Origin: Anolis carolinensis
Lineage: Eukaryota
Length of the DNA: 64,000 nucleotides
Assembly: GCF_035594765.1 (NCBI RefSeq)
Contig: NC_085842.1
Location: 146,705,036-146,769,035, forward strand
Direction of reading: 5' to 3'
Within the stretch, counting starts at the first letter, position 1. Each line of letters opens with the position of its first letter. The position numbers were made by a program, and so were the translations under genes. The notes below the pieces were generated by a model. It was not told where the DNA came from and did not search any database. It saw only the letters and a list, made by a program, of their open reading frames with translations. Below are positions 11,974 to 22,028 of the stretch, one piece after another.

Positions 11974-14900
11974 ATGTACCTGCTTTTGGGCGGTTCGGGC
12001 GCCGGGAAAACGCTACTGGTTAAGCGGCTGCAGAATATCCGGACTATCAGAAGCGGAGGGGACCTGGCCCAAGCCCGGGGGGAGAGGCTTGGGGCTTGAA
12101 GTGCCGGGAAGAGGCGGGAAAGGGGGGAGGAGGTTTCAGGGCCGGGAGGGTCAGCCTTTGGGCTTTCCTGTCCTTTGGGGCCCTTCTACACTGCCATATA
12201 ATCCAGATGATTTTATCAGATAATCCACATTATCTGTTTTGAACAGGATTATATGAGTCTACACCAGGAACGGGCAAACTTGAGCCCTCCAGGTGTTTTG
12301 GACTTCAATTCCCACCGTTCCTAACAGCCTCAGGCCCCTTCCTTTTCCCCTTAAGCGGCTGAGGAATGGTGGGAGTTGAAGTCCAAAACACCTGGAGGGC
12401 CAAGTTTGCCCGTGCCTAGTCTACACTACCATATAATCCAGTTCAAAGCAGATAGTCTGATTGTATATGGCAGTGTAGAAGGGGCCTTGGACTCACTTGT
12501 GCAGCCCCTTAGCATGGCTAATGCTGGCTGGGGCTTCTGGGGTCCCCCTTGCGGGCAGAGGGGACGTTGGGGTTCGGTGACCAGGCCCCCGTGGGTGCCA
12601 TGCCAACATTCATGGGTGCTCAAGTTCCATTATATACAATAGTGAAGTTGTGTCCCTTCTATAAAAGGGTAAAATAGAGGCTTGTCTTTTGGAGTTTTGA
12701 AAAATTACCTTCAAGATGTGGATAGTTGAACCGGTGGATACAGAGGGCCGGCTGTATAATTTCACCTGCCCAGTCTCACAATACTTGTGGTTCATGCTTG
12801 CCGCTTGGCTGAGGGACGCAAGGATTGCCACACCAGATGGAGATTACCATGTGGGTCAGTTGAGCAAAGTCAAAAGGCAACAGTACCTTCAGAGTGGTGG
12901 CAGAAAAAGAAGCATTTCCCCCATTGAGGAAAGCTGGATAACCCAGACTCTCTCCCAGCCTATTCCAGGGATCCCCTGAGGGCAAGTAAAGGACTTTATG
13001 ACAATGTGAGCCCCAGATCATCCAGGTTTTGAACTTTGGCACCTGTTCTTCATTGTGCATGATGCAGGCTAGTGCTGATTAGGACTGTAGGGTTAAAAAA
13101 TTTTGTGTGTCAGGAGCAGCATGAGAAACTGCAAGTCGCTTCTGGTGTGAGAGAATTGGCCATCTGCAAAGACATTGCCTAGGGGATGCCTGGATGTTTT
13201 CCCATCCTGTGGGAGGCTTCTCTCATGTCCCCACATGAGAAGCTGGGGCTGACATGCTCCCCAGATTTGAACTACCAACCTTTCTAGGGTTAGAAATGGC
13301 AGGCCGCCATGGTCCACTCCCATTCTGCCCATTGAGGCCCAGTATGTGTTCATTCTATAACCCTGAGTCCCTCTCTTTTGTATCACTGCCACCTTCCTTA
13401 ACAATTTTCCTCGCACAGCTTTCCTCTAAGGATGGCGCCAAGGAGCTTGGGGAGCCACCAGCCACACTGCCCACGGTATTGTATTCATTATGGATATTCT
13501 TTCTTTATTTATATCACATCCTTCCCAGGGTGTCTTCTCTTTTGTTCAGTGACAGTATGTTAGTTAATATGGTTCAGTGGCACAGAGCACAAGATTGGGA
13601 ATGTGATGAAAAATGTTGATTTCAAAACACAGTGATGTGTGATTTTTGGTGCGTTTAGCTCAACAGTTTTCCGAGCTATCTGCTTGCTCCAGGTGTGAAA
13701 TTTGCAGGTATTTCATTTGTAAAAGCAGTAATGGGGCAGGCTCTTTAATGAGAAATTTTAACGTTCAATAGATTTTCATTATTTAAGCGATAAAAGTACC
13801 AATGACTCAGCTATTCATTTCAATTGTGTGAGTCTCAGACTCTCAATCAGTGCAATTGGGCAGCAAGAGGAGAGGAGAATTTCATTCTAAAGATAAAACA
13901 AGCCTTCCTGTCCTTCCTGGTTAGACACTACTAACTGAATGTAATGGTTCACAGCGCAAGAGCTAGGGAGGGGAAGACAGCTGAATGTTTTATGGTTCTC
14001 ATTCTTCAAGAGTTCTTCACAAATGGTTTGGTTTCTCTGTCAAGGGTGAACTAGTTGAAATACCTTGCTCTCCAAATAGCACCGGGAATAGTGATAAAAT
14101 GTCTTGCTCCCTCCATGAATGAGAAGGATAAAGAGGGAATTAATATCAGTGCACCAGATTTGCAACCAGAAGATACCTAGTGAAAAATGTATTTTGGCCA
14201 GGCACTAGGCAGCTGTTCATTCAGACTAGAGCCAAGACAAAAAACCTGTTGTTCTTTAGATGTTGCAAAATCCCAATAGGATGATCAGTAGATGGAAATG
14301 ATGGAAGCTGTAGCTCAACAACTTCTGGAGGGCCATAGGTGACTCAATCTTTCAGTAGATAACTGAGCTAATGAACTATTGGTTTGGCTGCTTCTTTTGT
14401 GCTGACTACTTCAGGATGCTAAGAACACAGATTACACATGATTTACTGGGCTGCCACTGACTGGTGTTGGCAGCTGAAGGTGATGTAGACAAATTGCAGA
14501 ATAGAAATTTGTTGCATTTCAGGTGGGCACAAATCTTACAGACCTCTCACTAGGAAAGAAGATTACAGTGCGGGAATTGGGAGGATGCATGGGCCCCATC
14601 TGGTCCAGTTACTACAGTGACTGCTGCTCTGTCCTGGTAGGAGCTCTGTTTGCATATACTGTATATTTCACTCACCCCTCTGTGGTTGGCTCTTTACTTT
14701 GTTTCAGTTAAGCATAAGCACACAGAAACTTTGTGCAGACCTGCTATGTTTTGCACTGGAATTGGTAGGGCTTATGCTTGCCTTACAATACATTGTTTCT
14801 AAGATACTATTCTGTGCAGTGGACTGGATTTTCTTGGATTTTAAAAATCTTTCATGATGTTGTAACTTGTGGTCACTCCAGCAGTGATACTAAGACATTT

Positions 14901-16091
14901 GTATAAGCTGCTGTTTTTTATTTTTTTTGTATAATTTTATTAGGTTTTCCTTATACCTGAATAAGAAATAGAGAAGGGAGGGAGGGAGGGAGGGGAAAAT
15001 AGGGAAGGCAGAGATATGGGTGGGAGGAAGGAAGTGGAAAAAGGGAGTTAGGACAAAAATGATTAAAAGTCCCACAGTTGTAAGCTGCTGTTTTTTAAAC
15101 TATGGGTCCTGACCCAAATGGGGACCCTTTAGCTTAATGTCACAAAAATTTTGGCAACAGTCAAAGATTTGTAAATGATACCTATTTACACAAATCTGTT
15201 AACAACATGTAATGGTTACAGTAGACTTTGCAAAAAATATGCTTCCACTTTAACAAAAAAAAATCAGTCTTAACTTTCAGGAAAATCTGCTGTGATCCTA
15301 AAAACGAACCAGACATTCCACAGCAGGCATGGGCAATTTTTGGCCCTCCAGGTGTTTTGGACTTCAACTCCCCCATTTCCTAACAGCCTCAGGCCCACCT
15401 GGGGGGGCCAAAGTTTGCCCATGCCTGATCCACAGGCTATGCGCCATGAATGACAAGAGACTGTGTATATAATCTGTCTTTTCCTGCTGTGCTCAGTACT
15501 GGGAAGTTCTGGCACTTGAACCAAAAGCTCTCATTGCTTGTTACCGATATTTGAGCCTGTATATCTCTCTCTCTCTCCTTCCTTCTGTCTCTGCAGTACA
15601 TGATTGACGCTGCCAGGCCTACCCAGATTTCTTCATCCTGTGTACAACTTCTGTCACTCCTTTCTGCTGAAAAGCTAGCATCAGTTCCTGTTCTCATCAT
15701 TTTCAACAAGATGTAAGAAATGCTTAACTTGCATGCCCATTCAGGAGATCAGACAGTAAGGAGGAGGGAACAAACAATGTATTGAGCTTCAGTAATTATC
15801 GATAGGCGCATCAAACCCAGACCGATGGAATAACTACATCATGTTTCTATTTGGGGAGTCTTTCTGAAAGCAGTTCAGCAAGCAGATAGGAATGCATAAC
15901 TATTTTCTTTCTTCTCTGGTTCTAGAGACCTACCCTGCTACATGTCCCTTGTGGAAATGAAGTCATTATTCCGAATCCAAGATATCATTACCTTCGCCAA
16001 ACAGCCCATTGCTGTTTTGGAGACGAGTGCCCGGGATGGCACAGGCTTATCCAATGTATTGCAGTGGTTCAATTCCACTCTGTGCAATTAA
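11974..16091 (+). CDS. ARL16: ADP-ribosylation factor-like GTPase 16, 171 aa (180 aa if the in-frame ATG at 11947 is used)
   Basis: Exons 11974-12034, 13417-13475, 14523-14636, 15597-15712 and 15926-16091 (TAA). Translation: MYLLLGGSGAGKTLLVKRLQKLSSKDGAKELGEPPATLPTVGTNLTDLSLGKKITVRELGGCMGPIWSSYY...VLIIFNKIDLPCYMS...ETSARDGTGL. Contains the P-loop GxxxxGKT, the ARL16-type ELGGC in place of DxGGQ, NKxD and SA motifs. AATAAA at 16290-16295. Confidence 0.95.
12177..12486. mobile_element. Palindromic PIF/Harbinger-type MITE with a nested hAT MITE (12265-12418)
   Basis: Outer TIR GGCCC(C)TTCTACACTGCCATATA. The inner element CAGGAACGGGCAAAC...GTTTGCCCGTGCCTA is flanked by the 8-bp TSD GTCTACAC (12257-12264 and 12419-12426). 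Confidence 0.8.
13100..13340 (-). mobile_element. tRNA-derived lizard SINE (Anolis SINE2-like)
   Basis: Shares GCAAGTCGCTTCTGGTGTGAGAGAATTGGCC...GGAGGCTTCTCTCATGTCCCC with the copies at 35501-35770, 41720-41852 and 53616-53897. Confidence 0.7.
15324..15427. mobile_element. hAT MITE
   Basis: TIRs CAGGCATGGGCAA...TTGCCCATGCCTG; same family as 12265-12418. Confidence 0.7.
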
Positions 16092-17004
16092 AGCTAAGCA
16101 TTACAGAAGCTAGGGCTGGTTCTCAGCTCAAAGACCTCAATGAAACAATAAATATAAGAAAGATTGCTGGTCAACAGGGATGCATCTGGAGAACTGAATT
16201 AGGAAGTACAAGCAAACTGAACCAACTGTCCCCTGCCGGCAGTGGGCAAAACATTACTTCTATAGAATCGGATACAATATAAAATTGCAAATAAATATTT
16301 TTCTGTTGAATCAATTCATTGCCTCTTGTTTGACACACTGAAATGCTACTAGGTTTCTAGAGCAGATTGCATGCTGCTAGACTTGAGACTTGGACATATT
16401 GAGTTGCTTCATTCTACTGGTGAAAAGTTAATCTCATGTAAAAAAATCTATATTGGCACCATTGGAGCCAATGGAACTAAACCATAAACTGGTAAAATTA
16501 GCCCACCTCTATAGTTTCATTGCTACAATGCTGGCTGCTTCAAATGATAAAACTATTGTCATACCACTTCCATGCCCATCTTTGCTCAAAAAGGATCCAC
16601 AAAACAAATATTCTCAATAAAGCAATTTGTGAAAATTGCAAGAGCGAGCAGCAGTCTAAACCCATGAATCTGATTTTACATGCTATGATGTTATTGTGTC
16701 CCTTCAAGCCTTTTCTGACTTACGGATTCCCTAAGGTGAATCTATCCAATATTTTTCTTTGCAGAATTTGTTCAGAAGAGGTTTGTCATTGTCTTTTTCT
16801 GGGGCTGAGAGACTGTGATGTGCCCAAGGTCATCCGGTGAGTTTCCATGGTTGAGTGGGAATTTGATCCCTCCAAGAGTGCTAGTCTGACATTTAAACTA
16901 TTACACTATGCTGTTGCTTTTATATGCTATACCGGGGTTTCATAAACTTTTCCACTTCCAACCCCTTTCAGCCCAAGAAATTTTTATGTGACCCTGGGTA
17001 CATA

Positions 17005-17747
17005 CCGTGTTTCCCCGAAAATAAGGCAGTGTCTTATATTAATTTTTGCTCCCAAAGATGCGCTTGGTCTTATTTTCAGGGGATGTCTTATTTTTCCATG
17101 AAGAAGAATTCACATTTATTGTTGAACAAAAAAAAATGAACATCTATTATATACTATACAGTAGTTGTCATCACAAACCATCATAACCAGACAAACTGAA
17201 TCCTATCAAGAATTTCTTGTTACAGTCGAGTCTCACTTATCCAACATAAACGGGCCGGCAGAATGTTGGATAAGCGAATACGTTGGATAACAAGGAGAGA
17301 TTAAGGAGAAGCCTATTAAACATCAAATTAGGTAATGATTTTACAAATTAAGCACCAAAACATCATGTTATACAACAAATTTGACAGAAAAAGTAGTTCA
17401 ATATGCAGTAATGCTACGTAGTAATTACTGTATTTACTAATTTAGCACCAATATATCATGATGTATTGAAAACATTGACTACAAAAATGTGTTGGATAAT
17501 CCAGAACGTTGGATAAGCGAGTGTTGGATAAGTGAGACTCTACTGTACTACCATTATTTCCATGTACAACAATCTATGGTACGTACATTTACTGATCCTG
17601 CATGTTCTGGTGTTCTGTTCAGCGGCATGCTTCCAAACAAAAACTTCGCTAGGTCTTACTTTTGGGGAAGGCCTTATATTTAGCAATTCAGCAAAACCTC
17701 TACTAAGTCTTATTTTCTTGAGATGTCTTATTTTAGAGGAAACAGGG
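17005..17747. mobile_element. Tc1/mariner non-autonomous element with a nested second MITE (17223-17545)
   Basis: Outer TIR CCGTGTTTCCCCGAAAATAAG / CTTATTTTAGAGGAAACAGGG with TA TSD. Inner TIR CAGT(C/A)GAGTCTCACTTATCCAA with TA TSD. The empty site TTCTTGTTACTACC is visible in the paralogous copy near 60701. Confidence 0.88.
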
Positions 17748-18329
17748 TAGGGATATAAAATAGGTATAAAAATCAAACATTTACTGCTAATAAATCATCA
17801 TTTTTAAGTCTTGCTAAACAGAATGCTTTTCTGTTTTAGGAAATACAGCTGCAGTATCTTCTGCAGAAACCACCATAAAAAATGGAGCAGATTCATGTAA
17901 ATATCTAAAACAGCCACTAGGTGATGTTCAGAAAACTTTCTGTTGCCAAGTTTTTCAGGAACCCAACATTGAGCTTAAAGGACCCCATTTAAGAAGCAGT
18001 CTGATATACAACCCTTCTGCCAATCTTCTTTTTGTTCTAAGTTAATTGCTGTTCAGTCAGCTTTGATGTATGACAGACCTATGTATGAAAGAACTCCAAG
18101 ACACCCTGTCATCAATAGTCCTGTTCACATCCTGCAGATTCAGGGCTTGATTGAATCTATACACTTGTAATGCAGTCTTCCGCTTTCCCTACTGCCTTGC
18201 CAAACAGTTTTCTTTTTTGAAAAAAAAATGTAATGCAAACATGCATGTCATACATTTCCAGTCAGTCTTAATATCTTATTACTCACTTATGTCACCAAAC
18301 TGTAATTTTCCTCTAAAACTTATCCATAC

Positions 18330-18900
18330 ATAAACAAGAAAAAAAATCAACCCCCATTTAAATTTAAAATTAGCTATAAAAATTAAAAAGCACTACGTCC
18401 ATAGAGACAGTAATTCTGTCTATTTAATTTGTTGTCTAGTTACAGGTATTTTCCGTCTATTTCTATTATGTTTTAATCCTCAAAACCCACAGATATCTTC
18501 ATATTATCTTCTTTAGGAAGATTATGAAAGGTACAAATAATTTTGAAAGTTCTTTGTTCTTTGTAGATTTTTAAAATCATAATTGACATCAGTTTCAGTC
18601 ACTTCCGCTAACTTTAAAATCCAAACTTGTCTGAATGACAAATCTGTTCTTTTTCCACTGCTCAGCATAAAATATTCTTGCAGCTAAAACCGTGGAATGC
18701 ATACTAGGTCAAATTTTTAATTTGTTCATTTGATAAACTCTCAAAAAATAACGTTAGATCTAAAATTACCTTAATTTTGTAAATTTCTTGCATCAAAGAT
18801 CATATTTTCTACTTAGATGTGTTGTCTCATGATATGGCAAAACTAGAATAGTCTACATTATTATGTTCCTTTCTTATCCCTCCTAATTCTTCCTGGCACA
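18330..18900 (-). mobile_element. Decayed L1-like LINE 3' fragment
   Basis: T-rich on the + strand. The minus-strand frame contains AARIFYAEQWK, resembling the squamate L1 ORF2 C-terminus. Boundaries are approximate. Confidence 0.4.
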
Positions 18901-19484
18901 GCATCAGTAAAAAGTATAACAGGTCCATTAGCCTTCTTTCTTCAATAATCTCTTGGAGGATAGCATACATTCAAACTACAACCACACTCTGAGGACTGGA
19001 TACTGTTAAATGTGTGCGGTCAGTTTTCAGTGGATAATAGAAGCCCTGTCTTCATTCAAACACACACCATTTCTCTGAAAGTCAAGAACAATAGCTCATT
19101 GTTCCATGGTGCCAGGCCATTTTTCACTAGGACCATTTATTAAGGCCTTATCAGTCAGGAGGTGGGAGAGAAAGAAATCTTTCTCTCACTACATTAAATA
19201 ACAGGTAACTTTTAACAGTTATACAATCCTAATCATGCAAATCTGAATACAGAAAATATGGCAGTAGGAACAACATGCAGTGACCTTATGCCATGTATCA
19301 TGTATTCTAAATATTGACTTTCTTAGGCTTCATGAAAACTGGTGAGATGGTTAATGAAAAGTCATGTACAGAGTTGAAATTTTTTCATTCCCAAACCCAG
19401 TCCCACAGCTAGCCTGTTCTATGTGTGGCAGGAAGAGGCTAAATCATCCTCTATTTGTGAATTAGTGCTCAGTAGTGAAAAATA

Positions 19485-20143
19485 CAGTAGAGCCCCATTT
19501 AACCGAGCTCCACTAATCCGAGCGTCCGTATTATCCGAGGCACTTCCGAGTTCAAGAGAAGGAGGGAGAGGGAGGAGGAAGCGCCCTGCGATCGCTGCTC
19601 ATGAGGCACTTGCCAAAGGGCGAGGCTTGCTGAGAAACGTCCTGTGGAGAGCCCACATTTCCCCAAGCAAGCACCTTAACCAGAGGGAAAAGAAAACTCT
19701 TCCCTTTGGTAAAAGCGCTTGCCTGGGAAAACGTGGAGGCATTGCTCCGCATTGCCCCAGTCTCAGCCCTTTACCAAAGGGAAGAGAAAACTCTTCCTTC
19801 CGGTAAAGGCGCTTGCCTGGGCAAACGTGGAGGCGTTGCTCCGCATTTCCCCAATCTCAGCCCTTTACCAAAGGGAAGAGAAAACTCTTCCCTCTGATGA
19901 AGACGATAACCTGGTAAAACGCGGAGGCATTGCTCCACATTTCCCCAGTCTCAGCCCTTTACTGAAGAGAAGAGTTTTCTCCCTTTGGTAAAGGCCTGAC
20001 TGAGACTTTGGGGAAACGAGGAGCGTGTTGCTAAACAGCAACGCGCCCCGGGTTTCGCTAGGCCGGGCCTCCCTATTATCCAAGAGATCCGGCTATCCGA
20101 GACGCGGCCCATTCATTTAACTCGAATAACCGGAACTCTACTG
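19485..20143. mobile_element. Tc1/mariner-pogo-type non-autonomous element with internal 94-bp tandem hairpin repeats
   Basis: Imperfect TIRs CAGTAGAGCCCCATTTAACCGAG and CTCGAATAACCGGAACTCTACTG, TA on both sides. Repeat units start at 19745, 19839 and 19933, with a diverged unit from about 19651. Confidence 0.8.
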
Positions 20144-22028
20144 TAGTTCTGTCCACAACTGTGAGATACAATGCAAGAGCATCCATGTAATGGACTTGAC
20201 TAATTTCTTCACAAGAACTTTCTAAACTAAATCAACATTCACCGCAGTTTAGTCATGACACATCATACTGCCAACCAAGGAGGAAATTAAAAGTAATACT
20301 GTTGAGGAAGGTTTTTTAAAAAAAGAGTAGTTTAATTACACTAAATCATGATTTTCCTGACAGTAGTTTAAGTAAGTCTCACATTATACTCCCATGTTTT
20401 CATAAGTCCAGTACAGGAAGCCCATGGGCCATTTCCATCAATTTCCATCAATTCGGTTTTTCTCTTTTAAAAAAAACAACAAATCCACTTCCATGTTTTT
20501 CAAGCAGTTCTAAGATCATTTATTCCAGTTCGAGGAAAATGTCCACGTGCCTGTCCATGAAAGCTGGAATTGCTCTCAAATGCTAGAAACTGTTGTTCTC
20601 GGACTGAAAGCAGATAGGAGTCCTCTAGAATCTAAAAACAAAGATGCCCAAGGGCCAACCAGTGAGGTCAATGTTTTCAGCAGCATGGGCCTGTTCCCAG
20701 AGCAGTTCCAGCAAGATTCTTCATCTCCATATAATCTTTTTAGGTCCAGAATGAGAATTCACCCTTTGAGCGAAAAATGCTAGGAATATTTGAGCTGTCG
20801 TTTTTAATCACAAAGGTCTTTGCTGTCTAGATAATTGTTCCCATCACTGTCCTGTGCCAAAAACCTAACTTTTTTCCAAAGCTCTGTTTTATCGTTTCTT
20901 TTGTATTCCTCATTCCAGGTATGTGGATAAAGCACCCTCCTCCTTCATTCCCTTCATTGTCCCTGGAGTGTTCTAAACAGAATGAGCAAATCCACTGTCC
21001 TGTTACCCTGCTCCAGGGACAGAATTAAAGATTTCCAATTTCTGGTGCAAAAATGATGTAATGATGCATAATCTTCTTATTGTGAAGTGGTCTCCCCTGC
21101 CCAGATTCCTTTGAACCTGGTGGCCATGCTTTAAAATGAAGCTCGGGAGTAACAGGAATGCTGAATTATTCCACTTGTTCTTGCATCTCACAGCTACCTC
21201 TCTTTTGATGCTGCTTCCAGTCTCAAGAGCCTTGCCAAGAGAAAAAATACAGAGATGATCGTTTGTTAGGAAAGGAGATGTATATCCAGAGTCCAGCAAT
21301 CCACTTGCTTGCCCATAATGTTTAACTCACTCCACCTAATTCCAGGTGAATTTGCCAGCAGTTATTTCAATCTGCCAGCATCATGTTCAATTTACTCTCA
21401 GTTATACAGCTTGCATCAAGAATATTTTCTAGCAGGAGATTTTCATAAATAAACTGCTTTCACTTTCTTTTCTATATGTCTGTGCAGAGGTCCTCATGCT
21501 TCCACCTGTGAAGCCAGCTGAGAGTTCTGCTTGCCTCTTACCTTCTCTAGAGAGGCAGAACCCTATTACTCCCTGAACTGCCTTGGGGCATCTGTAGCTC
21601 CTGTTTGTGTTTTATTCATTTCAAAAAAGGAGTAAGCACAGAAATAACGGGTGCTGCAAACATAATTGAAATGCTCCTCATGGAAGCAGTTAGGCTCAAC
21701 ACAGGTAGAGACACACAGGATGCATGGATTCAGTGCTAGGACTTTTGTCCAGGACCGGGGGACTATAAGTCTTATAGATGTTGTCAAACTCTAGTTCCTA
21801 TCAGTACCACCCAGCATGGCCAAGGGTGAAGACTGGTGAGAGTAGTACTTTATCAACAGCAGGAGGGCCTAGGTGTCCCGACTGCTATTTTTGACCATAC
21901 AGCAATGTATGTATATGCTAGACAGCCATGCACTCTCCACATCCTCTTCTCTGAGCTGCAGTCATTTTACGCAACTCTTCCGTGTAGAGCTCTGAAGCAC
22001 ATACCTTATCTTCTGCTGCATGGCTCTC

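Larger units (their letters stand above)
12035..13416 (+). other. U12-type (minor spliceosome) AT-AC intron, ARL16 intron 1
   Basis: 5' end ATATCCGG at 12035. Branch point TTCCTTAAC at 13394-13402. Terminal AC at 13415-13416. This junction (CAG A|AG CTT) keeps the ARL16 frame. Confidence 0.88.

Noticed and set aside
13417-13418. Conventional AG acceptor for ARL16 exon 2
   Set aside because: There is no frame-compatible GT donor at the end of exon 1 homology, whereas the AT-AC junction has a perfect U12 branch point and preserves the frame.
19891-19930. CTGATGA at 19894-19900 as another hammerhead core
   Set aside because: There is no stem II or GAAA, and the other repeat units have CCGGTAA or TTGGTAA at this position, so it is a chance variant.
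19651-20010. 94-bp hairpin repeats as a CRISPR-like array
   Set aside because: Units are contiguous with no unique spacers, lie inside a TIR element, and the DNA is vertebrate.
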